A stretch of 43,031 nt of DNA from the sequence record SRR31156797_2210, one strand, 5' to 3'. Below are positions 9,207 through 21,698 of this stretch, in pieces. Positions within the stretch are counted from its first letter, which is position 1. Every line of letters begins with the position of its first letter. The translations under genes and the position numbers were made by a program. The notes below the pieces were generated by a model. The model ran no database searches. It was not told where the DNA came from and worked only from the letters and a program-made list of their open reading frames with translations.

Positions 9207-9998
9207 ATGAATATCGATTTTTTTAAATATCAGGGAACAGGCAACGATTTTGTTATAATTGACAACAGAAATGGAAATTTTGACAGTAAAAATGTTGATC
9301 TTGTCAGTTTCCTTTGTCACCGACGCATGGGTATTGGCGCTGATGGATTAATGTTACTTGAAACACATCAGGACGAAAACGTTGACTTTACCATGCGTTA
9401 TTACAATAGTGATGGTAACGAAGCATCTATGTGTGGAAACGGAGGAAGATGTATTGCAGCCTTTGCTGTTCACATCGGAGCAGTAAAAGATCCTTCCAAT
9501 TTTTATTTTGAAGCTGTTGATGGCATGCATGTGGCACAATATAACGATGGAATCGTTAGCTTACAGATGACTAACGTTAATAGTGTTAATACTTCTGATG
9601 ATTATTACTTTTTAGATACTGGCTCTCCTCACTATGTGGAGCATTTAAACGACATAGATAATATTGATATTATTAAAAAAGGTAGAACAGTACGTTACTC
9701 AGATACATTTAAGCCTGATGGAACTAATGTAAATATCGTTGAAGAAATTAACGACCAACACATTAAGGTAAGAACTTATGAAAGAGGAGTTGAAGATGAA
9801 ACCTATTCCTGCGGAACAGGTGTTGTTGCGTCTGCTATCAGCACTTTTGTAAGAAACAAAAAATCGCGATCGTTTGATATTGATGTAAAAGGAGGAAAAT
9901 TAAAAGTCAACTTTGAAGGCGATGAAGAAAACGGATTTAAAAACATCTGGTTAATCGGTCCGGCAACCTTCGTATTTAAGGGTAATATTGAAATTTAA
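9207..9998 (+). CDS. dapF: Diaminopimelate epimerase
   Basis: KYQGTGNDF, GIGADGL, YNSDGNEASMCGNGGRC, TGSPHYV, RTYERGVEDETYSCGTG. Confidence 0.97.
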   Translation: MNIDFFKYQGTGNDFVIIDNRNGNFDSKNVDLVSFLCHRRMGIGADGLMLLETHQDENVDFTMRYYNSDGNEASMCGNGGRCIAAFAVHIGAVKDPSNFYFEAVDGMHVAQYNDGIVSLQMTNVNSVNTSDDYYFLDTGSPHYVEHLNDIDNIDIIKKGRTVRYSDTFKPDGTNVNIVEEINDQHIKVRTYERGVEDETYSCGTGVVASAISTFVRNKKSRSFDIDVKGGKLKVNFEGDEENGFKNIWLIGPATFVFKGNIEI

Positions 9999-10004
9999 AC
10001 ATAT

Positions 10005-10037
10005 GAGTCTATAGTTTAATAATTAAACTATAGACTC
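10005..10037. terminator. Near-perfect 33-bp palindrome between convergent dapF and mltG
   Basis: gagtctatagtttaat-a-attaaactatagactc (16-bp arms). Confidence 0.65.
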
Positions 10038-10044
10038 TCACTAT

Positions 10045-11118
10045 TTATCTTCTGATTCCTCTTTTATTGAGTTCCCTTTGGTATTTGCGTGCATTCACGT
10101 TATGCTGTGCCAATGTTCTGGCAAAATTATGATAGCCGGAAAAATCTTCTTTTGCACACATATATAAATACTTATGTGATTTTGAGTTTAAAACAGCTTT
10201 AAGTCCACTTATGGAAGGAATTCTAATAGGTCCTGGTGGTAGTCCTCCATATTTATAGGTGTTGTAAGGGGAATCAGTTAACTTATCGTCATCCAACAAA
10301 CGCTTAATTGTAAAATCACCTAACGCATACTTTAGAGTAGGATCTGCTTGCAAGCGCATTCCTATTCGCAACCTGTTTAAATACAATCCTGCAACCACAG
10401 GCTTTTCATCTGCTTTTTGAGTTTCTTCATCTACAATAGACGCCAATGCAGAAACTTCATGAGGCGTCAATCCAAGTTCTTCTGCTTTTTTAATATTTTC
10501 TTCATTCCAGAATCTATCATACTCTTTTTTCATCCGCTTCATAAACTCATCAGCGTCTGTATCCCAATATAATTCATAAGTGTTAGGCAAGAAAAGTCCC
10601 GGAAGAGTGGCTTTGGTAAAACCTAATTCTGTAATATATTCTTCGTCATCAAATAATTCAATTAATTTAACAGAGTCTGCCATTAATTTATTTCCTGCAA
10701 CAGATGCTAATTTATGTAGCGATCGAATATTATTAAAAGTAAATTTAACAGGTTCTTGTCTTCCACTTCTTAGTAAATTAACCAATTGGTTATTCGACAT
10801 TTTATCCACCAACTTATACCTTCCACTTTTTATCTGGTTGGTATATTCTTTTCTCTTTGCTACCCACTCAAAACTTTCTGAATCCTTAAGGACTTTCATG
10901 TTATTTAGCTTCTGCTTTAACTCACTAAAAGTCGTACTGTCAGGAATATATAAATATGGAGATTCAACATTGGCTAAATTAACATTAGGCGCATTAATAT
11001 ATCTATAAAAACGACCTCCAATTAAAATAGCGATTAAAACCAATAACACTATAAATAAGCCCATTCGCTTAATAAGCTTCGTCACTCTTTTTTTGGATCT
11101 TCTTGTCTTTTTCTTCAT
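10045..11118 (-). CDS. mltG: Endolytic transglycosylase MltG (YceG family)
   Basis: Basic N-terminus plus TM; GLFLPNTY, LASIVDEE, LYLNRLRIGMRLQADPT, SPYNTYKYGGLPPGPI. Confidence 0.95.
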   Translation of the reverse strand: MKKKTRRSKKRVTKLIKRMGLFIVLLVLIAILIGGRFYRYINAPNVNLANVESPYLYIPDSTTFSELKQKLNNMKVLKDSESFEWVAKRKEYTNQIKSGRYKLVDKMSNNQLVNLLRSGRQEPVKFTFNNIRSLHKLASVAGNKLMADSVKLIELFDDEEYITELGFTKATLPGLFLPNTYELYWDTDADEFMKRMKKEYDRFWNEENIKKAEELGLTPHEVSALASIVDEETQKADEKPVVAGLYLNRLRIGMRLQADPTLKYALGDFTIKRLLDDDKLTDSPYNTYKYGGLPPGPIRIPSISGLKAVLNSKSHKYLYMCAKEDFSGYHNFARTLAQHNVNARKYQRELNKRGIRR

Positions 11119-11259
11119 TGAAATTTTATATCATGACACAAAATTGACCTTCTCATCAAATATAATGCCTTATCTCATTCAAAAATAAATAAAAGTTTTG
11201 CAAAGAATATTATATTTTTGGGGAATTAAAAAAATACAAATAAACACAAACACTACATT

Positions 11260-11697
11260 ATGATTAAAATAGTTTTGTTTTCTGCCATTGCCATTAGTAT
11301 AATTAGCTGTCGATCATTAAAAGACACAGGTAGTTCTAGTTTTAGTGATAGCGATTCTCCATATGTAAAAGAAGAACCTGTTGTTAAACCAGTAGTAAAA
11401 AAAGATAAACCAATTGTTATTAAAGAGGAAAAGGTAAAAATTATTGAATCTAACGATGACAACTTTAAATACTATGTAATTATAGGATCTTTTAAGGTTT
11501 TGGAGAATGCCAGAAATTACAAAAGCACTTTAAGCAGCGAAGGTTTTACCCCTGTTATTCTTGAAAATGAAAATGGTTTATTCAGAGTTTCTGTGGCCGC
11601 ATACAATGAAGAAACAGATGCCCGAAGCAAAGTTGATTTTATCCGAAATAAATATGAAAAATATAATGATACCTGGCTATTAATCAGGAAACGATAA
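11260..11697 (+). CDS. SPOR-domain lipoprotein
   Basis: Lipobox-like IISC; YYVIIGSFKVLENA and GLFRVSVAAY SPOR pattern. Confidence 0.85.
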   Translation: MIKIVLFSAIAISIISCRSLKDTGSSSFSDSDSPYVKEEPVVKPVVKKDKPIVIKEEKVKIIESNDDNFKYYVIIGSFKVLENARNYKSTLSSEGFTPVILENENGLFRVSVAAYNEETDARSKVDFIRNKYEKYNDTWLLIRKR

Positions 11698-11814
11698 TAA
11701 AAAATTCAATTTGATAAAAGCTTATCTTATAAAGGTCAAATACTTTTTAAGAATTGAATGTTTTATATATTTTTGCAGCACTTAAATACCGAAATAATAA
11801 ATCAAGATTAAAAT

Positions 11815-13011
11815 ATGTACAAGCCAGTAAAATTAACCGATGACGTTTTTTATGTTGGAGTTAACGACAGAAGAACACATCTATTTGAAAACATGTGGCC
11901 TATTGATCGTGGAGTGGCATACAACTCTTACGTAATCAAAGATGAAAAAATTGCCCTTATTGATTCAGTTGAAATTGGTCAGGTAGAAAAGTATCTTAAA
12001 AAAATAAAGGCAATAATTGGAGAGCAACCAATCGACTATCTTGTTGTAAATCATATGGAGCCGGATCATGGTGGTTCTATTGATATCATCCGAAAAATGT
12101 ATCCTAATATTCAAATAGTTGGTAACAAAAAAACGCTACCAATGCTTGAAGGGTATTTTGGAATTAAAGATAATACCATCGAGGTAAAAGAAGGCGACAG
12201 TTTAAGCCTGGGGAAACATACACTTAATTTTTATTTGGTTCCTATGGTTCACTGGCCTGAAACAATGGTAACCTTTGAATCTACTGAGAAAATATTGTTT
12301 TCAGCAGATGCATTTGGAACATTTGGAACGCTGGACGGTGGAATATTCGATGATGAATTCGATTTTGAATATTACCGAGATGAGATGCGTAGATATTATT
12401 CCAATATTGTTGGAAAATATGGATCTCCAGTTCAAAAAGCTCTTTCTAAACTAGGCGGTTTAGATATTAAGATGATTGCTTCAACGCATGGTCCTATCTG
12501 GAGAAATTACATTAGCGAGGTAATTGGAATGTATGACAGATGGAGTAAATACGATACCGAAGAAGGTGTGGTTGTAGCTTATGCATCGATGTATGGAAAT
12601 ACAGAAGAAATGGCAGAAGCTGTTGCTCGTGAATTAGCCGAAAATGGCATTAAGCACATTCGTGTTCACGACGTATCTAAAACTCATGCATCTTTTATCA
12701 TCTCAGATATATTTAAGTACAAAGGCTTAATTTTGGCTAGTCCAACCTATTGTAACGAATTGCATCCAAACATGGAGTCCTTAACAACAAAACTAGTTCA
12801 CATGGGAGTTCAAAAGCACTATTTAGGTGTACTAGGTTCTTTTTCATGGGCAGGAGCAGCTGTTAAAAAACTTTTAGCAGTTGGAGAACAGCTTAACTGG
12901 GAAGTTGTTGGCGAGAGTGTAGAAGAAAAACACGCTTTAAAAGCAGATAAATATGAAGCCTGCTTACAACTAGGAAAAGCAATGGCTGACAAACTTAAAG
13001 CGGATAGATAA
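11815..13011 (+). CDS. fprA: Flavodiiron protein (FprA, A-type flavoprotein)
   Basis: YNSYVI, NHMEPDHGG, VHWPETM, FSADAFG, HGPIWR, flavodoxin domain YASMYGNTEEMA. Confidence 0.93.
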   Translation: MYKPVKLTDDVFYVGVNDRRTHLFENMWPIDRGVAYNSYVIKDEKIALIDSVEIGQVEKYLKKIKAIIGEQPIDYLVVNHMEPDHGGSIDIIRKMYPNIQIVGNKKTLPMLEGYFGIKDNTIEVKEGDSLSLGKHTLNFYLVPMVHWPETMVTFESTEKILFSADAFGTFGTLDGGIFDDEFDFEYYRDEMRRYYSNIVGKYGSPVQKALSKLGGLDIKMIASTHGPIWRNYISEVIGMYDRWSKYDTEEGVVVAYASMYGNTEEMAEAVARELAENGIKHIRVHDVSKTHASFIISDIFKYKGLILASPTYCNELHPNMESLTTKLVHMGVQKHYLGVLGSFSWAGAAVKKLLAVGEQLNWEVVGESVEEKHALKADKYEACLQLGKAMADKLKADR

Positions 13012-13036
13012 GAATCTAGCAAAACACTAAAAATGC

Positions 13037-13069
13037 AATCCACTTCAATGACTGAAGTGGATTTTTTTT
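13037..13069 (+). terminator. Intrinsic terminator of fprA
   Basis: aatccacttca-atgac-tgaagtggatt followed by a T run. Confidence 0.8.
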
Positions 13070-13073
13070 GCAT

Positions 13074-13104
13074 AAAAAAACCGTCTTGCCAAAACAAGAC
13101 GGTT
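13074..13104 (-). terminator. Intrinsic terminator of gyrB
   Basis: aaccgtcttg-ccaaaa-caagacggtt preceded by A7 (U tract on the minus strand). Confidence 0.8.
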
Positions 13105-13127
13105 CGTAACAATATTATAGAATTAAC

Positions 13128-15098
<1,971 letters not shown>

Positions 15099-15172
15099 TT
15101 ATAGATTTCTCGTATGAAAACTGTTCTTTATTTTGCTTTCACAAAGGATTTTAAGCCATTTGCAAAACCTTA

Positions 15173-15180
15173 CAAATATA
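15173..15180 (-). promoter_or_regulatory. sigmaA -7 element upstream of gyrB
   Basis: Minus strand TATATTTG. Confidence 0.5.
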
Positions 15181-15453
15181 GCAAAAATAGTGGTTAAAAA
15201 AAGCATTGAACCCATGTTTTTATTAACACTTAAATAAACTGATTTACTGACACATACAAAGATTTTAACATCCCTTATATTAGTCTGAATAAAACCCTTT
15301 GAAAATGCTCCTATAACTAACATATTTTTTGTTAGACACAAATACTTTATAATACCTATTCTATGAAATCAAACCTTATTTTTTTTGTGTTTTTAAACAC
15401 GATTAGCCTTTCTTTTTTATTAACTTAATAATGTATCTCAAAAAAGTTCAGAC

Positions 15454-15864
15454 ATGTCACTACTTGAGTTTACTTATCGGATTATTGGTGCATTACTCAC
15501 AGGAATTTTAATTGGCATTGAACGACAATGGCATCATAAAGCAGCTGGTCTAAGAACGGTAACATTAGTAACTGTAGGTTCGGCTTTATACGTTACATTA
15601 TCTATCAGTTTAACTCCAGACAATGGAGATGTAACTCGAATTATTGGACAAGTTGTTACCGGCATTGGCTTTATTGGCGGTGGTATTATATTCAAAGAAG
15701 GTTTAAATGTGCACGGCCTTACTACAGCTGCAACAGTTTGGTGCAGTTCTGCAATTGGATGTCTGGTTGGTGCCGGATACTATTTGGAAAGCATCATCAG
15801 CACCGCACTTATACTAATCATCAATACAGCACTTATCCCATTAGATAAGTGGTTAAACAAATAA
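15454..15864 (+). CDS. MgtC/SapB-family membrane protein (TM domain only)
   Basis: IGIERQWHHKAAGLRT, RIIGQVVTGIGFIGGG, GLTTAATVW. Confidence 0.92.
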   Translation: MSLLEFTYRIIGALLTGILIGIERQWHHKAAGLRTVTLVTVGSALYVTLSISLTPDNGDVTRIIGQVVTGIGFIGGGIIFKEGLNVHGLTTAATVWCSSAIGCLVGAGYYLESIISTALILIINTALIPLDKWLNK

Positions 15865-15874
15865 ACTTTATAAT

Positions 15875-17623
15875 CTAGAATGAATACCCAACTCCTGCTC
15901 TAATATTTAATCCCTGAACTGGATAACCATTCCACTGATAATATTTAGCTATTAGAGCATTATTAACATTGGCAAAAAGAGTCCATTTTGAACTCATATA
16001 ATAATTAACACCAAGATTTAAATCTATTACTCCTTTTAGCTCTTTGGCACTTTGTGTTTCTATATCGAAAGCATATCGTTTTCCAATGGAATAAACTCCT
16101 ACATTTACCCATAAATCCTCAAAAATCTCATAATTGGCCTTTGCGCCTAATTCCATTTCCGGTTTATGCCAGGCTTTTTCTAATTGATCTAAACTCCAGC
16201 CATTATACTTTCCTTTAAGCAACAAATTAAATTGTTCCGATGGTTCATATTTTAATTCTCCTGAAACACTTAATAAGCTTCCATCATCATATGCCACTGC
16301 AAAAAGGTTATTTTGATTATAAACCACTTCTGTTAATAAAGGTTCGTCAATTAAATGTGACTGGTTGATATAAAAATGTTCATTTTCAAAATTTGAATAA
16401 TCCAGACGTGCCGTAAAACTTGTCTGAGAACTAAAATTACCTCTTATCCCTCCAAATAAGTGGATACCATGAAAACTATTTTTAACAACAGCATCCGGAG
16501 AAACAAAACGGTTTTCTCTTTGAATTTTCTCATAGTTATTCACGTAATAGTCGCCTTTTAAACCTCCAAATGCAGTTACTACATCTTCAGCTATCACCAA
16601 TTCTGCCTCAACGTGAGGAGCAATATTAAACTCATCATCCTGTCCGCCCAACTGACTGTAAATATCCAGTCCAACTTTTACATTTGCTCCTTCAAACATA
16701 AATCCAACTGATGGACTAAAATTTACGACAGTCATTTTTCTATCTGTAAACTGATACAAGGGAGAAATTGAATCCGGCACTGTAGTTCCAAAATAGTCGA
16801 AACCTCCAATAAGGTCTACAAACATATTATCCATATGAACACGTGCTTTACCATTCAAGCCAAATCGATTTTCTTTAACACCAGTTACATTCCCAAAAGT
16901 TCCGAAATTAAACTTCACATCAAATGGCACATCCGAATCGTTTAAAACTTTATTATTTAAGCCTACAGATAAATCAAATGAACTCAACCTTTGTTTTTCA
17001 TCAGGCATAATAACTTCTCCTAAAACAGATTCTGACCAATAATTATCAAAATAATTTAATGTTGGATCGATGGTTTGAAAACCATAATAATGGTAAATAT
17101 TGTGTAAGAAATCCGCATCTATCGATAAGGTATAATCTTTCCAGAACCTTCTGAAATACAACGACGCCCATGTATCATGAAATGGCGCATCTGATTTTGT
17201 ATCATCTTCCAACTTAATTTCACCTGCTGAAGTAGTATGCCCTAAGTTTAATCCCAAAGCATAATCCTCCGATCTTAAAACATTATAATTTAGCTCTCCA
17301 AATAAGGTTACATAATTACCTAGTCCACCTTTCACATATGATTTATCCAAAACAGTTTTTCTCTCCGGCGTTAACCTTGCCGCTGTTATAGGTTCCACCG
17401 CTAAATCGGAAGCCATAGCTTTTGTAAGAATATCATAAGAAAATCTGGGATTAAAAGAACTGGAATCCACCTCATTAACTGGTAGCTTATTTATTTTATA
17501 AGCATCAGAAATAATTGGATTATACTCCCGAACAACTTTTACATCTTTATTTAAGTCCTGAGATAACAAGCTTATGGGAAATATAATTATGACGCTCAAT
17601 ATAACTATAGAATACAATTTCAT
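15875..17623 (-). CDS. Outer-membrane beta-barrel protein (TonB-receptor-like, no recognisable plug)
   Basis: Signal peptide from ATG 17623 (MKLYSIVIL...); VKVVREYNPIISDAYKI; C-terminal FANVNN...GVGYSF. Confidence 0.7.
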   Translation of the reverse strand: MKLYSIVILSVIIIFPISLLSQDLNKDVKVVREYNPIISDAYKINKLPVNEVDSSSFNPRFSYDILTKAMASDLAVEPITAARLTPERKTVLDKSYVKGGLGNYVTLFGELNYNVLRSEDYALGLNLGHTTSAGEIKLEDDTKSDAPFHDTWASLYFRRFWKDYTLSIDADFLHNIYHYYGFQTIDPTLNYFDNYWSESVLGEVIMPDEKQRLSSFDLSVGLNNKVLNDSDVPFDVKFNFGTFGNVTGVKENRFGLNGKARVHMDNMFVDLIGGFDYFGTTVPDSISPLYQFTDRKMTVVNFSPSVGFMFEGANVKVGLDIYSQLGGQDDEFNIAPHVEAELVIAEDVVTAFGGLKGDYYVNNYEKIQRENRFVSPDAVVKNSFHGIHLFGGIRGNFSSQTSFTARLDYSNFENEHFYINQSHLIDEPLLTEVVYNQNNLFAVAYDDGSLLSVSGELKYEPSEQFNLLLKGKYNGWSLDQLEKAWHKPEMELGAKANYEIFEDLWVNVGVYSIGKRYAFDIETQSAKELKGVIDLNLGVNYYMSSKWTLFANVNNALIAKYYQWNGYPVQGLNIRAGVGYSF

Positions 17624-17671
17624 TTTATTCTCTTTCTTGTTGTAATTTTTAAAACAGATTTCACCCAAAAT

Positions 17672-20600
17672 TTACTCCTGAATCTTCAGAGAATCCACCG
17701 ATTCTTCGGAAGTAGAAACAGCCATTTCCTTCTCAATTCTCTGAAGGCGTTCCTGAACCATCGGATGAATATCATCTTCGCCCTTATAATTTTCGGTAAT
17801 GCTTTGTAAATACTGCTTGGCTTGAAAATACTCTTTACTTGACTCGTAAATATCAGCTAAAACAATAAAACTTCTGGCCAACCAGTATTGATGCGACGTT
17901 CCTTTATTGGCGAAATCAAAAACCTCATCTTCTGCTTTTTTATGTTCTCCATTATCGAAGTAATATTGCGCAATCTTATATTTTGCTTCTGCACCTTGTT
18001 CACTTTGAGTGCTTTTAGCCAATATTTGATACTCATGAATGGCTTTTTCTTTTTCATTTTTAAGCCATAGCGCACCAGCTTTATAATAACGCGCTTCTCT
18101 CACTATTTCACCTGCTGCTTTTGGATCATTCATAACATCATCTGCAGCTATTATTATTTGATCTACATTTTGCAACTGATGGTAACACCTTAAGATGCCA
18201 ATGCGCGACTCCATTTGATTTTCCTGTATTTCTGCAATTTGCTTTAACTGTGTGAAATTATCCAAAGCCTCCTGATACTTACTCATACCATAATTTATCT
18301 CGCCGGATCTAATCAGCGCATCTTCGGTAAAAATATTTTTCCCTCGGCTCACTACTTCCTCGTAAGCTCTTAGTGCATCATATTTTTCACCTTGTTTATA
18401 CAAGCAATCTGCCATATAATAATTGGCATTGAGCACAAACATTCCTTTTGGATACTTTTTTAAATAATGCTGAAAGCTCTTGATAGCAACATCACATTTC
18501 AGTTCCATATAATAACGTTCAGCAGAAACATAACTCAATGAATCCTGTTCCCTTTCGTCTAACTGCGCAAAGCTTCCCAATGTATTGGTATATCTTACAT
18601 ATCCATCCAAATCGTTTCTATCCATGTAAATATTTCTGATACCCAACAAAGACTCTGTTGCCTCTTGTGTACCCGGAAATTCATTGACAACTCTTTTATA
18701 AAAAGCCATTGAATTTTCATAATCGTTAGAATTATAATACACCAATCCTAATTGAAGCATGGCCTTTTTTGAGTAACTACTGGTTGGATACTTTTCTTTA
18801 ATCGTTTTATACTTTCTGATGGCATTATCCAAATCGCCCAATGCAACGTATGATTTCCCCATTTCATAAAGCGCATCATCTATATAATTGGATGATGGAT
18901 ACTTATAAATCAGATTGTTTAGAACTTCTATTTTATTCTGATGGTTTTTTAATATCCCTAAAGAAATCCCCTTTTGATACATAGAGTAATCCGGAGAGGC
19001 ATCGACAATACTGCCTCCCTGCTCATAAAAATTAGTAGCTAACTGAAATTCACGCTGTACAAAGTAACAATCACCAATTCTATTATAAGCATCACCAATG
19101 GTTGCAGCCTGTTTATCCTTTTCCAGACTTATATACTTTCGCCACCACGACTTGGCTTTTTCATAGTTTTTACCCTTAAATTCTGCGTAAGCAATATTAT
19201 AGTGTGCCAATGCAAAATACTGTGTATTAAAACTTCCTGGCAGTAAAATAAACTGATTATAATCCGAAGTCGCCTCAGAAAACTGGTTTAACCTATACTT
19301 AGCTTCTCCACGCCAATAGTACGATTTTACTTTTAAGTCATTATCGTACTTTCCATACTTTAGGCTATAATCGAAATAAGTAATTGCTTCAGAAAATCTT
19401 AAATTGGTAAACAAATCTACTGCATGATAATAAGCTACTCTTTGTAAAGCCTTATAAACGCTTACATTTTTGATTTTTATGCGTTCCAATGCATCTAGCG
19501 CTTGCTTGTAATTTTTTGTAGTTAAGAATACTTTTCCCAGGTAATCGTAAGCTAAATCAATTTTATCACTCTCCGGAAACATCTCGATAAAACTCATAAA
19601 CGAGTTTATAATTTCATTAAATGGAGAATAGGAAAGCTCATAATTCAGTTTAATGGTATTAAACAAAGCATCTTCCTGAATATCTTTATCAAAATCAAGT
19701 TTAGATGCAGCTTCAAAAGCTACTCTTGCTCTCTTTTTATCATTTAATTTTAGATGACAATCTGCTAAATGATAATACGCATTTTGCGCCATTTTATCAT
19801 TAAGAGAAGTTACCATACTTAAATATTCTGCTGCTTTATCGTAGTTTTTATTGTAGTAATATGAAAATCCAAGATGGTAATAATCTTCTCGTCTTGGCTT
19901 TTCGCTTAGCTCAACCGTTTTTTCAAAATAGGTTATAGAATGTACATATTCCTTTTTGGCAAAATAAGACTCTCCAATAATTCGCGCCATATCTGCCTGA
20001 CGCTTTCTAGTACCTTCTTTTAACATCGGCAAAGCATACTCAATAGCCTCATCATAATCGCCCTTTAAATATTTTATCTGAGCAATGTAAAAAGGAACTA
20101 CTTTTTCAAAAGCTTTTACTTCTGATAATCTTTCAAAACCTTTAAGTGCCGTTTCGTAATTTTGTTTTTGATACTGAATATGTGCATAATAATAATTTGC
20201 AGCATCATAATATTTACTGTCGATATCTTTTAGTTCGTAGAAGTAACGATTGGCGACATCATACTCCTCCTCCATAAAATGGCAATACCCTTTTTTAAAC
20301 TTAAAAGCATGTTGTGTTTTGTCATCCAGTTTACGTTCATCTACATCTTCAAACTCTCGCAATGCCTGCTTGTACCTTTTCCTGTTCAATTGCATATCTC
20401 CCAAATGAAAATAAGCAAACGCCTTTTTATTGCTCTCGGGATGCTCTAATACAAATTGCTCAAACAAATACTCTGCATCACCATTTTCCAGCTCTTTGGA
20501 ACATAAAGCTCTGTAGAAGTATGCTTCGGAAATAAGGTTGGATTCTGCCTTTACTGAATTGGCAATAAATTTCTCAAACTGCTCTCTGGCTGAACCATAT

Positions 20601-20737
20601 TTATTTAGGTGATAGAGTTCAAGTGCTTTTTCAAAATCTTTTTCCGCTTGTAAAAATCCGATTGACTGTTGTGAGAAAACATGGATACTCACAACTAAAG
20701 CTAGAATGGTTATGGTAAAAAACTTTGTATTTATCAT
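17672..20737 (-). CDS. Large secreted tetratricopeptide-repeat protein
   Basis: Signal peptide; many 34-aa helical repeats (AYYHLADCHL, DALYEMGKSY, AMLQLGLVYY, GAEAKYKIA). Confidence 0.9.
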   Translation of the reverse strand: MINTKFFTITILALVVSIHVFSQQSIGFLQAEKDFEKALELYHLNKYGSAREQFEKFIANSVKAESNLISEAYFYRALCSKELENGDAEYLFEQFVLEHPESNKKAFAYFHLGDMQLNRKRYKQALREFEDVDERKLDDKTQHAFKFKKGYCHFMEEEYDVANRYFYELKDIDSKYYDAANYYYAHIQYQKQNYETALKGFERLSEVKAFEKVVPFYIAQIKYLKGDYDEAIEYALPMLKEGTRKRQADMARIIGESYFAKKEYVHSITYFEKTVELSEKPRREDYYHLGFSYYYNKNYDKAAEYLSMVTSLNDKMAQNAYYHLADCHLKLNDKKRARVAFEAASKLDFDKDIQEDALFNTIKLNYELSYSPFNEIINSFMSFIEMFPESDKIDLAYDYLGKVFLTTKNYKQALDALERIKIKNVSVYKALQRVAYYHAVDLFTNLRFSEAITYFDYSLKYGKYDNDLKVKSYYWRGEAKYRLNQFSEATSDYNQFILLPGSFNTQYFALAHYNIAYAEFKGKNYEKAKSWWRKYISLEKDKQAATIGDAYNRIGDCYFVQREFQLATNFYEQGGSIVDASPDYSMYQKGISLGILKNHQNKIEVLNNLIYKYPSSNYIDDALYEMGKSYVALGDLDNAIRKYKTIKEKYPTSSYSKKAMLQLGLVYYNSNDYENSMAFYKRVVNEFPGTQEATESLLGIRNIYMDRNDLDGYVRYTNTLGSFAQLDEREQDSLSYVSAERYYMELKCDVAIKSFQHYLKKYPKGMFVLNANYYMADCLYKQGEKYDALRAYEEVVSRGKNIFTEDALIRSGEINYGMSKYQEALDNFTQLKQIAEIQENQMESRIGILRCYHQLQNVDQIIIAADDVMNDPKAAGEIVREARYYKAGALWLKNEKEKAIHEYQILAKSTQSEQGAEAKYKIAQYYFDNGEHKKAEDEVFDFANKGTSHQYWLARSFIVLADIYESSKEYFQAKQYLQSITENYKGEDDIHPMVQERLQRIEKEMAVSTSEESVDSLKIQE

Positions 20738-20984
20738 TCAATAAAACGTTTATGCTGAGTTCTTCTATGTTGCAACTCTTCAGGCTGCTTTCGGGCCTTA
20801 AAGATATAAAATTTAAGATAGGGTTAGTTAAATTACCGTATTGATGCCAGCTAACAATCAAGATTTATACCATATTGCTTTACTTTGCATCAAGCCTTAT
20901 TCAATTACATAGACTAAAACGTAAGAAAAACACAATTTATTTTTTAATTTCACGCGATATTTGATGCTTAATATGCAATAAGTA

Positions 20985-21698
20985 ATGAGTTATAAACAAC
21001 CTGCATCCATAGAAAATGAAAATAAGAACATTGTTGAATTCAATAATGTAATTATTCGCCATCAGGAAAACATCGTATTAAAAGATGTACATATTGAAGT
21101 AAAAAAAGGTGACTTTATCTATTTAATCGGAAAAGTAGGTAGCGGTAAATCGAGTCTATTAAAGGCTATTTATGGCGAAATAAACATTAACGAAGGTTCT
21201 ATTTTTGCAGTTGGATACCAACTTAAAAAGCTCAAATCGAAACATATTCCTTATTTGAGAAGAAAAATGGGTATCATTTTTCAGGACTTTCAATTATTAA
21301 GCGACAGATCGGTTTACGAAAACCTGAACTTTGTGCTGAAAGCTACCGGATGGAAAAATAAAAAACAGATGGATGTTAGAATCCGCGAAGTTTTAACGCA
21401 GGTAGACATGGTGCACAAAGGTTATAAAATGCCACATCAATTATCAGGTGGAGAACAACAACGCATTGGTATTGCTCGTGCTCTTTTAAATGAACCAGAT
21501 TTAATACTTGCCGATGAGCCAACCGGGAACCTCGATCCTGAAACTACCAATGACCTGATGCAATTACTGATTAAAATATCAGAAATGGGAAAAACAGTGA
21601 TTATGGCAACGCATAATTATGGCATGATTGATAAATATAAGGGTAGGATTTTAAAGTGTGAGGATACACGGGTAAAACAAGAAGAATCGGCTAGTTAA
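20985..21698 (+). CDS. FtsE-like ABC ATP-binding protein
   Basis: GKVGSGKS, IPYLRRKMGIIFQDFQLL (FtsE-like), LSGGEQQR, ILADEPTGNLDP, MATH. No adjacent ftsX. Confidence 0.8.
   Translation: MSYKQPASIENENKNIVEFNNVIIRHQENIVLKDVHIEVKKGDFIYLIGKVGSGKSSLLKAIYGEININEGSIFAVGYQLKKLKSKHIPYLRRKMGIIFQDFQLLSDRSVYENLNFVLKATGWKNKKQMDVRIREVLTQVDMVHKGYKMPHQLSGGEQQRIGIARALLNEPDLILADEPTGNLDPETTNDLMQLLIKISEMGKTVIMATHNYGMIDKYKGRILKCEDTRVKQEESAS

Noticed and set aside
10580-11008. 142-aa ORF antisense to mltG, and the other 60-100 aa ORFs nested in dapF, fprA, gyrB, TPR, htpG, amtB and the kinase
   Set aside because: Shadow ORFs on alternative frames or strands of well-supported genes, with atypical composition.
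15099-15341. 80-aa ORF directly upstream of gyrB
   Set aside because: It spans the predicted gyrB promoter (TATATTTG at 15173-15180) and has no protein-like features.
15454-15864. MgtC-like gene as a truncated pseudogene
   Set aside because: It lacks the C-terminal soluble domain, but short TM-only MgtC/SapB proteins are common and all family motifs are intact.
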